Positions 38,407 through 46,922 of a stretch of 59,142 bases of DNA are shown piece by piece; position 1 is the first letter of the stretch, and each line of letters starts with the position of its first letter. Made by a program: the position numbers and the translations under genes. The DNA comes from Gammaproteobacteria bacterium (GTDB lineage Bacteria; Pseudomonadota; Gammaproteobacteria; JAURND01), in contig JAQSWO010000001.1 of NCBI GenBank assembly GCA_029266595.1, positions 1 through 59,142 on the forward strand, given 5' to 3'. A model generated the notes under the pieces. It made no database searches and was not told the DNA's origin. It worked only from the letters and a program-made list of their open reading frames with translations.

Positions 38407-40161
38407 TTAAGGTGGATTTATGGTTTGAGGCTCCATCATTTCCACCTCTATTGGTTTTTGTGGCACATCAGGCGACATAGGAATCAGACTATTTAAGTCT
38501 TCTCTTAATTTAATTTTCTCCAAAGTAGACAATAATAATTCTTGTAGCGCAAGAGGATAATTATGCCGTCCATGCAGCCAACCATGAAGAGCTTGTAGTT
38601 TTAAGTGATTATCAAAAATCATGATATTTTTTTGCACCCATGCGAGCATTGGATTTATTGGTTCACTTTTCCCGAAAAAAGAAACAGCTAGGGGAGGACA
38701 GGCAAGCTCAGCTAATGCTCCTAATATTTTAGCTGGGATTTTTATTAGTGCATTTTGTAATTCCTTTGGCAATTGATCATAGGATTTTGTCCAATCCAAA
38801 ATTTGTCCTATATGCTGTTGACATAATTCACGATATTGTTCGGTATATCGGTACTCAAAAATTAGGGCACCCAAATCTTTTTTTAAACATGGAAATACGG
38901 GAGAATCTTCAATTATTTTATGATTATGAATTACCTGGGGATTGGCGCCATAGGCCAAAAGCAGTGCTACACCCCATTCAATGTTTTGGTAAGCAAAAGA
39001 GAGTAGTAAAGGAACGCCATCTTCGTCCTGTATGTCAGGATCAACTCCCATAGCCAACATACGTTGTGCAATTGCCGTGTTGCCACGACACATTGCCCAG
39101 CGCAATCGTGCATTTTTCTGCGCCGTATTCATTCCGCTTGTAAGGAATTCTCTTCCCTGGCGAATGTTGAGCTCCCCTTTCTCTTTTTCTTCTTCATCCT
39201 CTGATTCGATTTTCTCACGTGTATTCAGTTGACTCAAAATATATATGATTTGATCTGGGATTACGGCCTCAACATAATGAAGTGTTTTTTGTGCGGCAGC
39301 TACAAGTGCAAAAAATTCTAAACCGTTTTTACAAACGCTTATTTTGTTTTTTATCAGTGAGAGGGCTTCTTTTTGCCCTTCCTTGATTTTATTGCTCCAT
39401 ATAAAACCAATTGCCTCTATCGCTTCTGAGAGCTCGCTCAGCAATTTTATTTTGTCTTCCTTAGAAAACACGATGCCACTATATGTATTTTGTTGTTCAT
39501 GAAGAGCATTTACGAATTCATACTCAAAAATAAGTTCTATTTTTTTTCTTAATTTATATTTATTCAACATCCTATGATAAAGATTTTTTATACGATCGTC
39601 GGTTCTGTATTCTAAAAGAAGTCTAACTGCCAAGACACGGTGGTTTCGGCAAGTAGAATCAACCGCAATCTGTAGGAGAAAATTTTCATAATCGTTAGAT
39701 GAAGAGGTACGTGCTCCATATTCCAAGATCATTGTGGCAGTTTTTAGATCAGCCTGTAATATCGCCCGCCGTAATGCATTGATAATAGGGATATTTTCTT
39801 GTGCAGGGTCCAGTCCAACTTTATGTTGCAAAAAAATCTGAACTATATTACGCCTTTTTTCTCGATTTGAGATTCCGATTGAGTCATATAAATAATTCCC
39901 TGGCAGAGGGAATGTTACGTGTTTTAAAATAGATGCTATTTTGTTCTCGTCCTCACGCTTAAAAGCTTCGGTTAATCCATTATTCAACATTTCTGGCGTT
40001 ATTATTTTATGTTGGCATAAAATAAAAATTTCTTTTGAATGCAAATTTTTCAATGCCCAATTTAGTGAATTTTCATCAAAAACATGACCCTGATTAAGTA
40101 TTTTATTTTGGATCATTTGTAGTAGAGGGGAAGGGGCTATAAAATTTTTTTCTTCCTGCAT
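38407..40161 (-). CDS. 584-aa ankyrin-repeat protein, a candidate secreted (Dot/Icm-type) effector
   Basis: ANK-like repeats include INALRRAILQADLKTATMILEYGARTS and MCRGNTAIAQRMLAMGVDPDIQDEDGVPLLLSFAYQNIEWGVALLLAYGANPQV. The C-terminal 30 aa are acidic (PIEVEMMEPQ). RBS AGGAGTGG. Strongly AT-rich. Confidence 0.75.
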   Translation of the reverse strand: MQEEKNFIAPSPLLQMIQNKILNQGHVFDENSLNWALKNLHSKEIFILCQHKIITPEMLNNGLTEAFKREDENKIASILKHVTFPLPGNYLYDSIGISNREKRRNIVQIFLQHKVGLDPAQENIPIINALRRAILQADLKTATMILEYGARTSSSNDYENFLLQIAVDSTCRNHRVLAVRLLLEYRTDDRIKNLYHRMLNKYKLRKKIELIFEYEFVNALHEQQNTYSGIVFSKEDKIKLLSELSEAIEAIGFIWSNKIKEGQKEALSLIKNKISVCKNGLEFFALVAAAQKTLHYVEAVIPDQIIYILSQLNTREKIESEDEEEKEKGELNIRQGREFLTSGMNTAQKNARLRWAMCRGNTAIAQRMLAMGVDPDIQDEDGVPLLLSFAYQNIEWGVALLLAYGANPQVIHNHKIIEDSPVFPCLKKDLGALIFEYRYTEQYRELCQQHIGQILDWTKSYDQLPKELQNALIKIPAKILGALAELACPPLAVSFFGKSEPINPMLAWVQKNIMIFDNHLKLQALHGWLHGRHNYPLALQELLLSTLEKIKLREDLNSLIPMSPDVPQKPIEVEMMEPQTINPP

Positions 40162-40589
40162 ACTTTTCCACTCCTATTAATTATTTTTATGGGGAGGATG
40201 GCGCTTATTTTATTGCGCCATTTCGCAGCGAAATAGAGATTAGTTTTTCAAAATACTAAGAACTTAAATATAGACCAAAATTCCTCCAGAATATTTAATT
40301 GATGGAAATATTTTTATGGACAGCAAGCAGGTGTTTCAGGAGCTACTTGCCATTATTAGAGATAAGTAACTTCCGTAACATTCTACCTTTTACGCACTCA
40401 TCAGCTGATGAGAAGGTGAGGGAAGCTCGCTAAATTCAGTCCCTCAACAAAGATAAGGATACTTATGACAGCTCTTATATGCTGTCCAAAAAGATGATTT
40501 GGGTTTTCGGCCACTTCCACTCTTCTAAAAAAGTGCCAGCTTTTGCCTGCATCAGGATGTTATTACTAAGAAGTTAGGATTGATTATCC

Positions 40590-40658
40590 GTAACAGGCCA
40601 GCCCCTAGATAGAAATGGCGATCTTTTGCCGATTTTATGGTAGAGAGTAAACTATTAC
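40590..40658 (+). mobile_element. family-A MITE, full-length
   Basis: gtaacaggccagcccctagatagaaatggcgatcttttgccgattttatggtagagagtaaactattac. Confidence 0.7.
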
Positions 40659-40715
40659 ATTGGTTATAGGGGAGAATTTTAGTAACAATTTTTGGAAGAA
40701 AAGTCTGGACTTAAA

Positions 40716-40792
40716 TGGTGGCTATGGGTGGGCTCGAACCACCGACCTCAGCATTATGAATGCCGCGCTCTAACCAACTGAGCTACATAGCC
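40716..40792 (-). tRNA. tRNA-Met (anticodon CAU, elongator-like; tRNA-Ile2/lysidine not excluded)
   Basis: The reverse complement is GGCTATGTAGCTCAGTTGGTTAGAGCGCGGCATTCATAATGCTGAGGTCGGTGGTTCGAGCCCACCCATAGCCACCA. It lacks the initiator features (1:72 mismatch, GGG/CCC anticodon stem). Confidence 0.88.
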
Positions 40793-40873
40793 GAAAGAAT
40801 AGGGGCGGGGATTTTCGCGAGTCTTCGTCTACTTGTCAACTCCCCCCGCTCAGAGCGAAGTCAAACAATCTTC

Positions 40874-42127
40874 TTATGTTACCGTAGGCTCTGGTGGGAA
40901 CGCCATTTTCTTATCCACCACTTTAGCCACACAAGCATCAGACCACACGTTCAGTGAAGTCTCAATCATGTCTATTACTGCGTAAAATGGAAGAATAATG
41001 CCCAATAAGACAATCGGCACATCCATTCCTGCAAGCAGACTTGCACTTAAAAAGAAACAGCCCATTGGCACGCCCGCATTCCCTACAGCAGCGATCGTCG
41101 CAATGCCTATCCAAACCAGCATAGTCGCCAAGGTAATATCAACCCCATTGTTCTGCATCAGATAAATCACTGTTGTAAAAATAAACGCTGCACAACCATT
41201 CATATTAATCGTTGTACATAGAGGCAAAACGAACCGACTCACCTTGGGATGAACCTTCAAGTTTCTTTCAGCATTTTCTATGGTGATGGGCAACGTACCC
41301 GCAGAAGACTTTGAAAAAAACGCAATAGACAATGCCGGAGACATGCCGCGCATGGTTGCTATAGGCTTAATGCCGTGCATCTTTAGCCACAGGGGCAAAA
41401 TAATAAGGCCTTGCGTTAAATTGGCAAGAACGATAACCAGCAAGTATTCCCCGATTCCCGCAAAATTTGCACCACTTTTCAGTTCCACAATTGCAGTGGT
41501 AACAAATCCGAAAAGTGCGATAGGGACAATGGCGACCACCCAAGTTGTAATGGTAAGAAAAAGCCCGTGCGCACCTTTGAAGAAGCTTTCGATGGTATTA
41601 CGTGATGCGGTGTCATGAATATAATGGATGGCAATGCCCAGCACGACACTGATTAAAAGTACGCTGATGACACGATGTTCCACAAATGGTAAGAATATAT
41701 TAGATGGTACAACGCTAGACAGGTAAGCCAAATATCCGTTATGCGCGATCGTACTTGTATCTGCGGGCTGCACCTGCCCCAATGCGGTCATATTCACATT
41801 AGGCGGACTGATCAGTAGATAAATGACACATGCCACCGCAGCAGCAACTACCGTTGTGCCAATAGTATAAAATAAGGTGCGCTGCCATATCCTATGCATG
41901 CCTCCTTTAGCGCTATGCTGGGAGAGCACAACGATAATAGAGAGCGCAATAATCGGTAAACTAATGCATTTAAAGATTTTAATGAAAATATCAGAGATTA
42001 ATAGGCCCGTGTTGTGCAGTAATCCAATATCTGACATGCCACTAAAAATACCTAACAAAATGGCGATGGCGTAAAGGATGGGCGTGCGAATTTTTTTATT
42101 TCGACTTATAGTGGTTTGTGCGCACAT
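40874..42127 (-). CDS. dicarboxylate/amino acid:cation symporter (DAACS family)
   Basis: FFSKSSAGTLPITIE and TTINMNGCAAF motifs. Multi-pass membrane protein. ATG at 42127 with an AGGAG RBS. The 48-aa extension in the track is rejected. Confidence 0.82.
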   Translation of the reverse strand: MCAQTTISRNKKIRTPILYAIAILLGIFSGMSDIGLLHNTGLLISDIFIKIFKCISLPIIALSIIVVLSQHSAKGGMHRIWQRTLFYTIGTTVVAAAVACVIYLLISPPNVNMTALGQVQPADTSTIAHNGYLAYLSSVVPSNIFLPFVEHRVISVLLISVVLGIAIHYIHDTASRNTIESFFKGAHGLFLTITTWVVAIVPIALFGFVTTAIVELKSGANFAGIGEYLLVIVLANLTQGLIILPLWLKMHGIKPIATMRGMSPALSIAFFSKSSAGTLPITIENAERNLKVHPKVSRFVLPLCTTINMNGCAAFIFTTVIYLMQNNGVDITLATMLVWIGIATIAAVGNAGVPMGCFFLSASLLAGMDVPIVLLGIILPFYAVIDMIETSLNVWSDACVAKVVDKKMAFPPEPTVT

Positions 42128-42393
42128 GTGTGCTCCTAATATAGATTGAGAGCTGAAACGTATCAGCATAAGACCAAAGCGCAGCAGTCTAAACCAGCAT
42201 TTTGAATGTAAGCAAGACAATTTGACTGCCTCCTTATGCTGCTGTACTAATTTACAGCTATTAGAAAACACATATACCTGTTCAACTAAATTTTATGTGA
42301 TAGACTTTTGGACATGGGCAATGATTGCTCAAACCGGAAACGGTGTTACATACCAGGATCATGCATGATCCTAAGCCCAAGGAGAGGGACGTT

Positions 42394-42609
42394 ATGGCAC
42401 ATTTGGCATTGAGCGATTTAGAAACAGCGCTGATAAAATTAACAGAACGCTACCGAGTGTTAGAGGCGGAGAATCGAATTTTGCGAGAGCAGGTGATGAA
42501 GCTAGAGCATAGGCGTAGATTTCTAATGGAGAAAAACGACAAGGCGGTGGTCAAGGTTGAGCATATTATTTCCCAACTAAGAGATGAGCTTAATGAGCGA
42601 ATTACATAA
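42394..42609 (+). CDS. small coiled-coil protein upstream of zapA (ZapB-like / TIGR02449-like)
   Basis: The ATG at 42394 is preceded by AAGGAGAGGG. Heptad-rich sequence LETALIKLTERYRVLEAENRILREQVMKLEHRRRFL. The family call is from memory of synteny in other gammaproteobacteria. Confidence 0.55.
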   Translation: MAHLALSDLETALIKLTERYRVLEAENRILREQVMKLEHRRRFLMEKNDKAVVKVEHIISQLRDELNERIT

Positions 42610-42916
42610 CCAGCATCAAAATGCAGTTTCCCTGAATATTCTAGGCAAGAGCTATCAGGTGAATTGCCCTGTAGAAAAAGTGTCAGAGCTGCGTGAATCT
42701 GCCCAGTATTTAGAAAGTAAGATGCTAGGTGTAGGCAAATCAGGCAAAGCGATGGGGTCTGATCGCATTGCTATTATTGCAGCACTGAACATTGTCCACG
42801 AATTCCTTGCACAAAAGAGGCAGGTGAATACCTATGTCGAAGCAATGGGTGAGCGTATCAGTGATTTGCACGCGAAAATTGTTGAGACGCTAGCATCTGT
42901 TGAAGGAGAAGAGTAA
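42584..42916 (+). CDS. zapA: cell division protein ZapA
   Basis: VSLNILGKSYQVNCPVEKVSELRESAQYLESKM...DRIAIIAALNIVHEF. Conserved position immediately upstream of 6S RNA. Confidence 0.85.
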   Translation: MSLMSELHNQHQNAVSLNILGKSYQVNCPVEKVSELRESAQYLESKMLGVGKSGKAMGSDRIAIIAALNIVHEFLAQKRQVNTYVEAMGERISDLHAKIVETLASVEGEE

Positions 42917-42919
42917 GAT

Positions 42920-43108
42920 TCGTGCACCTCTGCGGTGCAAGCTAGCAGGCGCATTATTTTTGAACCTTATACGTAAATATAGGGATAGCTTTTGGTTGAG
43001 TTGTTGTTGTGCCCGCTGGCGTATGCCAATGAGCCTGATACGACCACCTTATCCCACCTGAACCAAAGGGTTCAGACTTCGCCCTGCTGGCGGTATCTCG
43101 GAGGCTTT
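42920..43108 (+). ncRNA. ssrS: 6S RNA (ssrS); ends approximate
   Basis: The 3' half, cacctgaaccaaagggttcagacttcgccctgctggcggtatctcggaggc, parallels E. coli 6S (CACCUUGAACCAAGGGUUCAAGGG...CUGCGGCGGCAUCUCGGAGA). It lies in zapA-ssrS-5-FCL synteny. Confidence 0.8.
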
Positions 43109-43184
43109 TCTTATTTTATAAGATCGGTATAAGAGTCTATTTTTTATAGCCACTTCATCTCTATGTTGGTAAGGTTGATTCTCC

Positions 43185-43805
43185 TTGCTTAACCGTCAAT
43201 TACTTCGATCTGCCCTTAGGCAGCAACGCGCTAATCTTCCTTTTTCCATCCAGGGTAGCGCTGCTCGAGCAATTGCTTCTTTCATTGAAGGGAAGCAGTG
43301 GTTTAAACGATCCTCTCATTTAGCCTTCTACGCTGCCGTTCGGGGCGAAATTGATCCTTTTCTATTATTAGCGCGCGCATGGGAACTAGATAAAACCTGT
43401 TATTTACCCGCCCAACTTCCCCCCGAAAATGGCCACCAACTCCACTTCATTCCATATTTTCCCTCTGACCCACTTATCATGAATGATTACGGTATTTTGG
43501 AGCCTGATTTGAGTATACGATCTCCTTGCAAAAGCAATCTATTGGACTGTGTTTTTGTGCCCCTGGTTGCATTTGATAGCATGGGTAATCGTTTAGGGTC
43601 TGGGAAGGGCTATTATGATAAAACGTTTGCGTACTTGCTGGATTTTCCTGCACAACGTTCGACGCAGTTAGTTGGGTTGAGCTATGATTTTCAGCAAGTA
43701 TCGATGCTTAACGCAGAAAGCTGGGATGTACCCCTGGATAGAGTAGTAGTGTTTGATACTTTGAATAATGCCGTGGATGAAATAGTATTTGCGAACGATA
43801 AATAG
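43185..43805 (+). CDS. 5-formyltetrahydrofolate cyclo-ligase
   Basis: VPLVAFDSMGNRLGSGKGYYDKTF motif. TTG start. Conserved position downstream of ssrS. Confidence 0.85.
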   Translation: MLNRQLLRSALRQQRANLPFSIQGSAARAIASFIEGKQWFKRSSHLAFYAAVRGEIDPFLLLARAWELDKTCYLPAQLPPENGHQLHFIPYFPSDPLIMNDYGILEPDLSIRSPCKSNLLDCVFVPLVAFDSMGNRLGSGKGYYDKTFAYLLDFPAQRSTQLVGLSYDFQQVSMLNAESWDVPLDRVVVFDTLNNAVDEIVFANDK

Positions 43806-43841
43806 ATCATCAACCTATCTCAACGAAGGAAAACCTAGAAC

Positions 43842-44330
43842 ATGCCTTACTCAAAGCGCACATTAAATATCTTAGGTTTTTTAGCCGTTACTGCACTGTT
43901 GTTGATGGGATTCTACCTAGAGTACGTAGAAGGTATGTTACCGTGCCCACTTTGTATGGTGCAGCGATTGTTTTTCTTTCTGATCGGTGTTGTTTTTCTA
44001 GTCGCTGTTTTACGCAAATTGGGGAAAATCGGTCAGAGGGTCTGTGGTGGAGCGATCTTTATTTTTGCATTAGGCGGCGCATCGGCTGCCATAAGACAAT
44101 TGTGGGTGCAGACTCATAGTCAAACATTGTCGGAAATTTGTATGCCGGGCATTCAATATATGATGACAAACTTCCCATTTGAGCGAGCACTCGGACTTCT
44201 TTTGAGCGGATTGGGAGACTGTTCTGAGGTGAGTTGGAGATTTCTGGGGCTTAGTTTAGCGGGTTGGGCACTTATTGCATTTATTAGTTTTGCTTTTCTG
44301 GGGCTTTATCAGATGCTTTTCGCTAAGTAA
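43842..44330 (+). CDS. dsbB: disulfide bond formation protein B
   Basis: Four TM helices, first-loop CPLCMVQR, and a second Cys pair in the periplasmic loop. Confidence 0.85.
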   Translation: MPYSKRTLNILGFLAVTALLLMGFYLEYVEGMLPCPLCMVQRLFFFLIGVVFLVAVLRKLGKIGQRVCGGAIFIFALGGASAAIRQLWVQTHSQTLSEICMPGIQYMMTNFPFERALGLLLSGLGDCSEVSWRFLGLSLAGWALIAFISFAFLGLYQMLFAK

Positions 44331-44340
44331 GTAATGGGTT

Positions 44341-44391
44341 GGGGGTGACCATCCGGCCTATCGGCCACCTTCTCCCACAAAGGAGAGAAGG
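44341..44391. repeat. REP-like palindromic unit between convergent dsbB and uspA
   Basis: CCGGCCtatCGGCC followed by CCTTCTCCcacaaaGGAGAGAAGG. There is no T-run on either strand, so it is not a canonical terminator. Confidence 0.4.
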
Positions 44392-44444
44392 AACTTAACA
44401 GTGGCTTTTTAAGCAGCGGCCTATAACTTTCACTTTCATAAGCT

Positions 44445-44909
44445 TTATTTTTTTTCACCATCGACAATTCTAACAGCCAACACATCGCACTTAGCTCCGT
44501 GTATAACTGCATTTGCCGTAGACCCCAACAGCAAACGAATACCATGCCGACCATGACTACCCACAACAATCAGATCTACCTTCAATTCCTCAGCTTCTGC
44601 CAAAATCACTAACTTTGCGGGACCCATTTTTATGATGCGATGGCTTTCAGGAACTCCTAATTTATCTCCCAGCTCATCCATTGCTTTTTGCGCATTTTCT
44701 ATGAGCATTTCTTCGACATCAGCACCCACTGCAATACCATAAGCAGCACCATAGCTACTCATATGTTCAACTGCATGAACCAGCGTCACTTTAGCATCGA
44801 GCACCTTACTAAGCGCCAACGCCCTTTTAACAGCAATATTGTCGCACGTTGGGTCTAATTCTACTGCAACCAGAATGTGCTTGTATTTGACCATTATCAT
44901 CATCTCCAT
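44445..44909 (-). CDS. universal stress protein (UspA family)
   Basis: YKHILVAVELD...VTLVHAV...DLIVVGSHGRHG...GSTANAVIHGAKCDVLAV. Confidence 0.9.
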   Translation of the reverse strand: MEMMIMVKYKHILVAVELDPTCDNIAVKRALALSKVLDAKVTLVHAVEHMSSYGAAYGIAVGADVEEMLIENAQKAMDELGDKLGVPESHRIIKMGPAKLVILAEAEELKVDLIVVGSHGRHGIRLLLGSTANAVIHGAKCDVLAVRIVDGEKK

Positions 44910-45050
44910 TTAACTAAGTAAAATCGGTATGCCTATTCGAAGTGTAGCATACAAAAAAGTAAAGAAAAGATAAGCGCTATATACTCTTTCCTTTGAAGAT
45001 CTTGGATCTAAAAAAATGCTTTTTCTGTGCTTGGTGGCAAAGGAAGGCGG

Positions 45051-45214
45051 TGTGAATAAGTTCGGTAAAACATTGGGAAAACTTGGGATAAATCTGTGGA
45101 TAAATTTATTCACATAGTTATCCACAAGAAATAGACAGGTATTACCACAGATTGTTTTTTGCATAATTCATAGTTAACTTTATGAAAATGAAAGATTATT
45201 TTATGATATCCACA
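45051..45214. promoter_or_regulatory. cluster of five DnaA boxes (TTATNCACA)
   Basis: 45051-45059 (minus, TTATTCACA), 45095-45103 (minus, TTATCCACA), 45106-45114 (plus, TTATTCACA), 45118-45126 (plus, TTATCCACA), 45206-45214 (plus, aTATCCACA, one mismatch). A weaker ATTACCACA lies at 45141-45149. Confidence 0.7.
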
Positions 45215-45215
45215 G

Positions 45216-45288
45216 AATTAAACACACATAATAGAAACAAAAAAAGATATATATATAAAATATTACTTTTTATTTAGATTAGATTTTT
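45216..45288. other. AT-rich tract adjacent to the DnaA boxes, a possible DNA-unwinding element
   Basis: gaattaaacacacataatagaaacaaaaaaagatatatatataaaatattactttttatttagattagattttt has very few G or C and contains short repeated TAGAT/ATATA units. Confidence 0.45.
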
Positions 45289-45365
45289 GGGCAAACGCCC
45301 TCCCTTTACCTCAGCCAAAAGAATCGGGTATGATCGCCAGCAGTGAAAATCAATGAGATCAATCT

Positions 45366-45689
45366 GTGATGCAAAAATTTACTACTACCATCTTGTTTAC
45401 TTTATTTGTTTTGTTAACGGCATGTTCATTAACAACGCCTTACCAACCGAACATACAGCAAGGCAATCTTATCTCAGAGCATATGGTTTCACAGTTGAAG
45501 GTTGGAATGAGTAAGGAGCAGGTTATACATATCCTTGGCGCGCCTATACTGTCTAATGCATTCGACAACAGCCATTGGGCGTATGCTTATACGTTTCAAC
45601 AAAAAGGTGGTCCTATTACCAAAAAGCATTTAGATCTGTATTTTCAAGGGAATCAATTGACACGTATAGGTGGAAATTATACACCTTGA
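45366..45689 (+). CDS. bamE: outer membrane protein assembly factor BamE (SmpA/OmlA)
   Basis: Lipobox LLTAC. IQQGNLISEHMVSQLKVGMSKEQVIHILGAPIL...HWAYAY. GTG at 45366 or ATG at 45369. Confidence 0.88.
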   Translation: MMQKFTTTILFTLFVLLTACSLTTPYQPNIQQGNLISEHMVSQLKVGMSKEQVIHILGAPILSNAFDNSHWAYAYTFQQKGGPITKKHLDLYFQGNQLTRIGGNYTP

Positions 45690-45842
45690 AGTTTTTCGCT
45701 TTAGAAGAATTTTTTCTGAAACCCAGTTAACTCCACAAACCAGCCCTCCTGAAAGCAGAGATTCAAATAACTCATCCTCCCTCTGCTTCTTCGGCTTGAG
45801 GTAACACACCCCTTTTTTTACACCTGCTTAGGAACTCATCAA

Positions 45843-46199
45843 ATGGTCAAAAAAACAACACTAGCTGTCGTCGTTCTCACGGTACCTTTCTTACTATCTG
45901 GTTGCATAGCTGCAGCTGTTGGCGCAGGTGCAGCTGCTGGTGGATATGTATTGGCAAAAGATAAAGGGAGTGCGGGCACTTATGCAGATGACTCCATCAT
46001 CACTAGCAAAATTAAGAGCCGGTATATCGCTGACATCAACTTAAAGTCCTATAACATCAGCGTAAGCACCTATGAAGGTGTAGTTGTTCTGACAGGGAGC
46101 GTGCCTAATGAAGGAATGCGTCAAAAGGCCATCGAAATCGCTCGAAATACAGCCAACGTTAGATCAGTGAATGTTACTAACTTTGCGGTGGTGCCTTGA
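45843..46199 (+). CDS. BON-domain lipoprotein (OsmY-like)
   Basis: Lipobox LLSGC. BON domain ITSKIKSRYIADINLKSYNISVSTYEGVVVLTGSVPNEGMRQKAIEIARNTANVRSV. Confidence 0.82.
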   Translation: MVKKTTLAVVVLTVPFLLSGCIAAAVGAGAAAGGYVLAKDKGSAGTYADDSIITSKIKSRYIADINLKSYNISVSTYEGVVVLTGSVPNEGMRQKAIEIARNTANVRSVNVTNFAVVP

Positions 46200-46882
46200 T
46201 GGTCATCGGTATTATTGCAGCTTTAGATGAAGAAGTTTCTTACGTCAAAGAAAGTATGATCGTTCAGCGGCAAGAGAAAAAAGCGGGTTTCAATTTTTAT
46301 TTTGGCACGTTGGTCAGTAAACCAGTTGTTCTATGTCAATCAGGTGTCGGAAAAGTTAATGCTGCAATTTGTACAACTTTATTGATTGAGGTATTTAGTT
46401 GTGGCGTCATTATCAACACAGGAGCCGCTGCTGGCTTATCCTCCGACATGGCCACGGGCGATGTGGTGGTTTCCGACAGCGTGATGCATCATGATGTAGA
46501 TGTCACTGCATTTGGTTATGAGTTAGGCCAGGTGCCTGGTATGCCATTAGCCTATGAAGCAGATAAAGCACTGATTGATATCATGCGTCATTTTTCGGAC
46601 CCTCATTTCACACATCACATGCATATAGGTTCTGTTATTGCTGCTGATGCCTTTGTTTGTAATACCACATTCGTTAAAGATAAATTTCCCATAGCTATTG
46701 CGCTTGATATGGAATCAAACGGCATTGCTCAAACTTGTCACCGCTTCAGTATTCCTTTTATAGTCATTCGGTCAATTTCTGATGATGGCGGCGAGGAGGC
46801 AAAAACAACACATGAAATGTTTTTGCAAATTGCAGGAGAAAACTCCGCCATGTTGGCAAGATTTTTGGTAGGGAAGTTGTAG
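46199..46882 (+). CDS. mtnN: 5'-methylthioadenosine/S-adenosylhomocysteine nucleosidase
   Basis: IGIIAALDEE, CQSGVGKVNAA, LDMESNGIAQ, IRSISD. The ATG at 46199 overlaps the BON gene stop. Confidence 0.9.
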   Translation: MVIGIIAALDEEVSYVKESMIVQRQEKKAGFNFYFGTLVSKPVVLCQSGVGKVNAAICTTLLIEVFSCGVIINTGAAAGLSSDMATGDVVVSDSVMHHDVDVTAFGYELGQVPGMPLAYEADKALIDIMRHFSDPHFTHHMHIGSVIAADAFVCNTTFVKDKFPIAIALDMESNGIAQTCHRFSIPFIVIRSISDDGGEEAKTTHEMFLQIAGENSAMLARFLVGKL

Positions 46883-46922
46883 GCAATAGAAGCTAACATC
46901 TTGGTAAGGGGTAATCTATTAC

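Noticed and set aside
40162-40270. PmrA-type (TTAAT-N6-TTAAT-like) regulatory repeat upstream of the large ankyrin gene
   Set aside because: Only TTAAG/TTAGT half-sites with the wrong spacing (8 nt) are present. The ATGGCGC...GCGCCAT hairpin there has no T-run. This is insufficient for a call.
38355-40716. Genomic island integrated at tRNA-Met, with an att direct repeat
   Set aside because: I looked for a second copy of the tRNA 3' end (tggtggctatgggtgggctcgaacc). I found only a weak 8-nt resemblance near 38390. There is no integrase, so the island hypothesis rests on AT-richness alone.
44910-45164. 84-aa minus-strand ORF in the uspA-bamE intergenic region
   Set aside because: It has no RBS and an odd composition. 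It is entirely overlaid by the DnaA-box cluster, so it is more plausibly non-coding regulatory or origin-like DNA.
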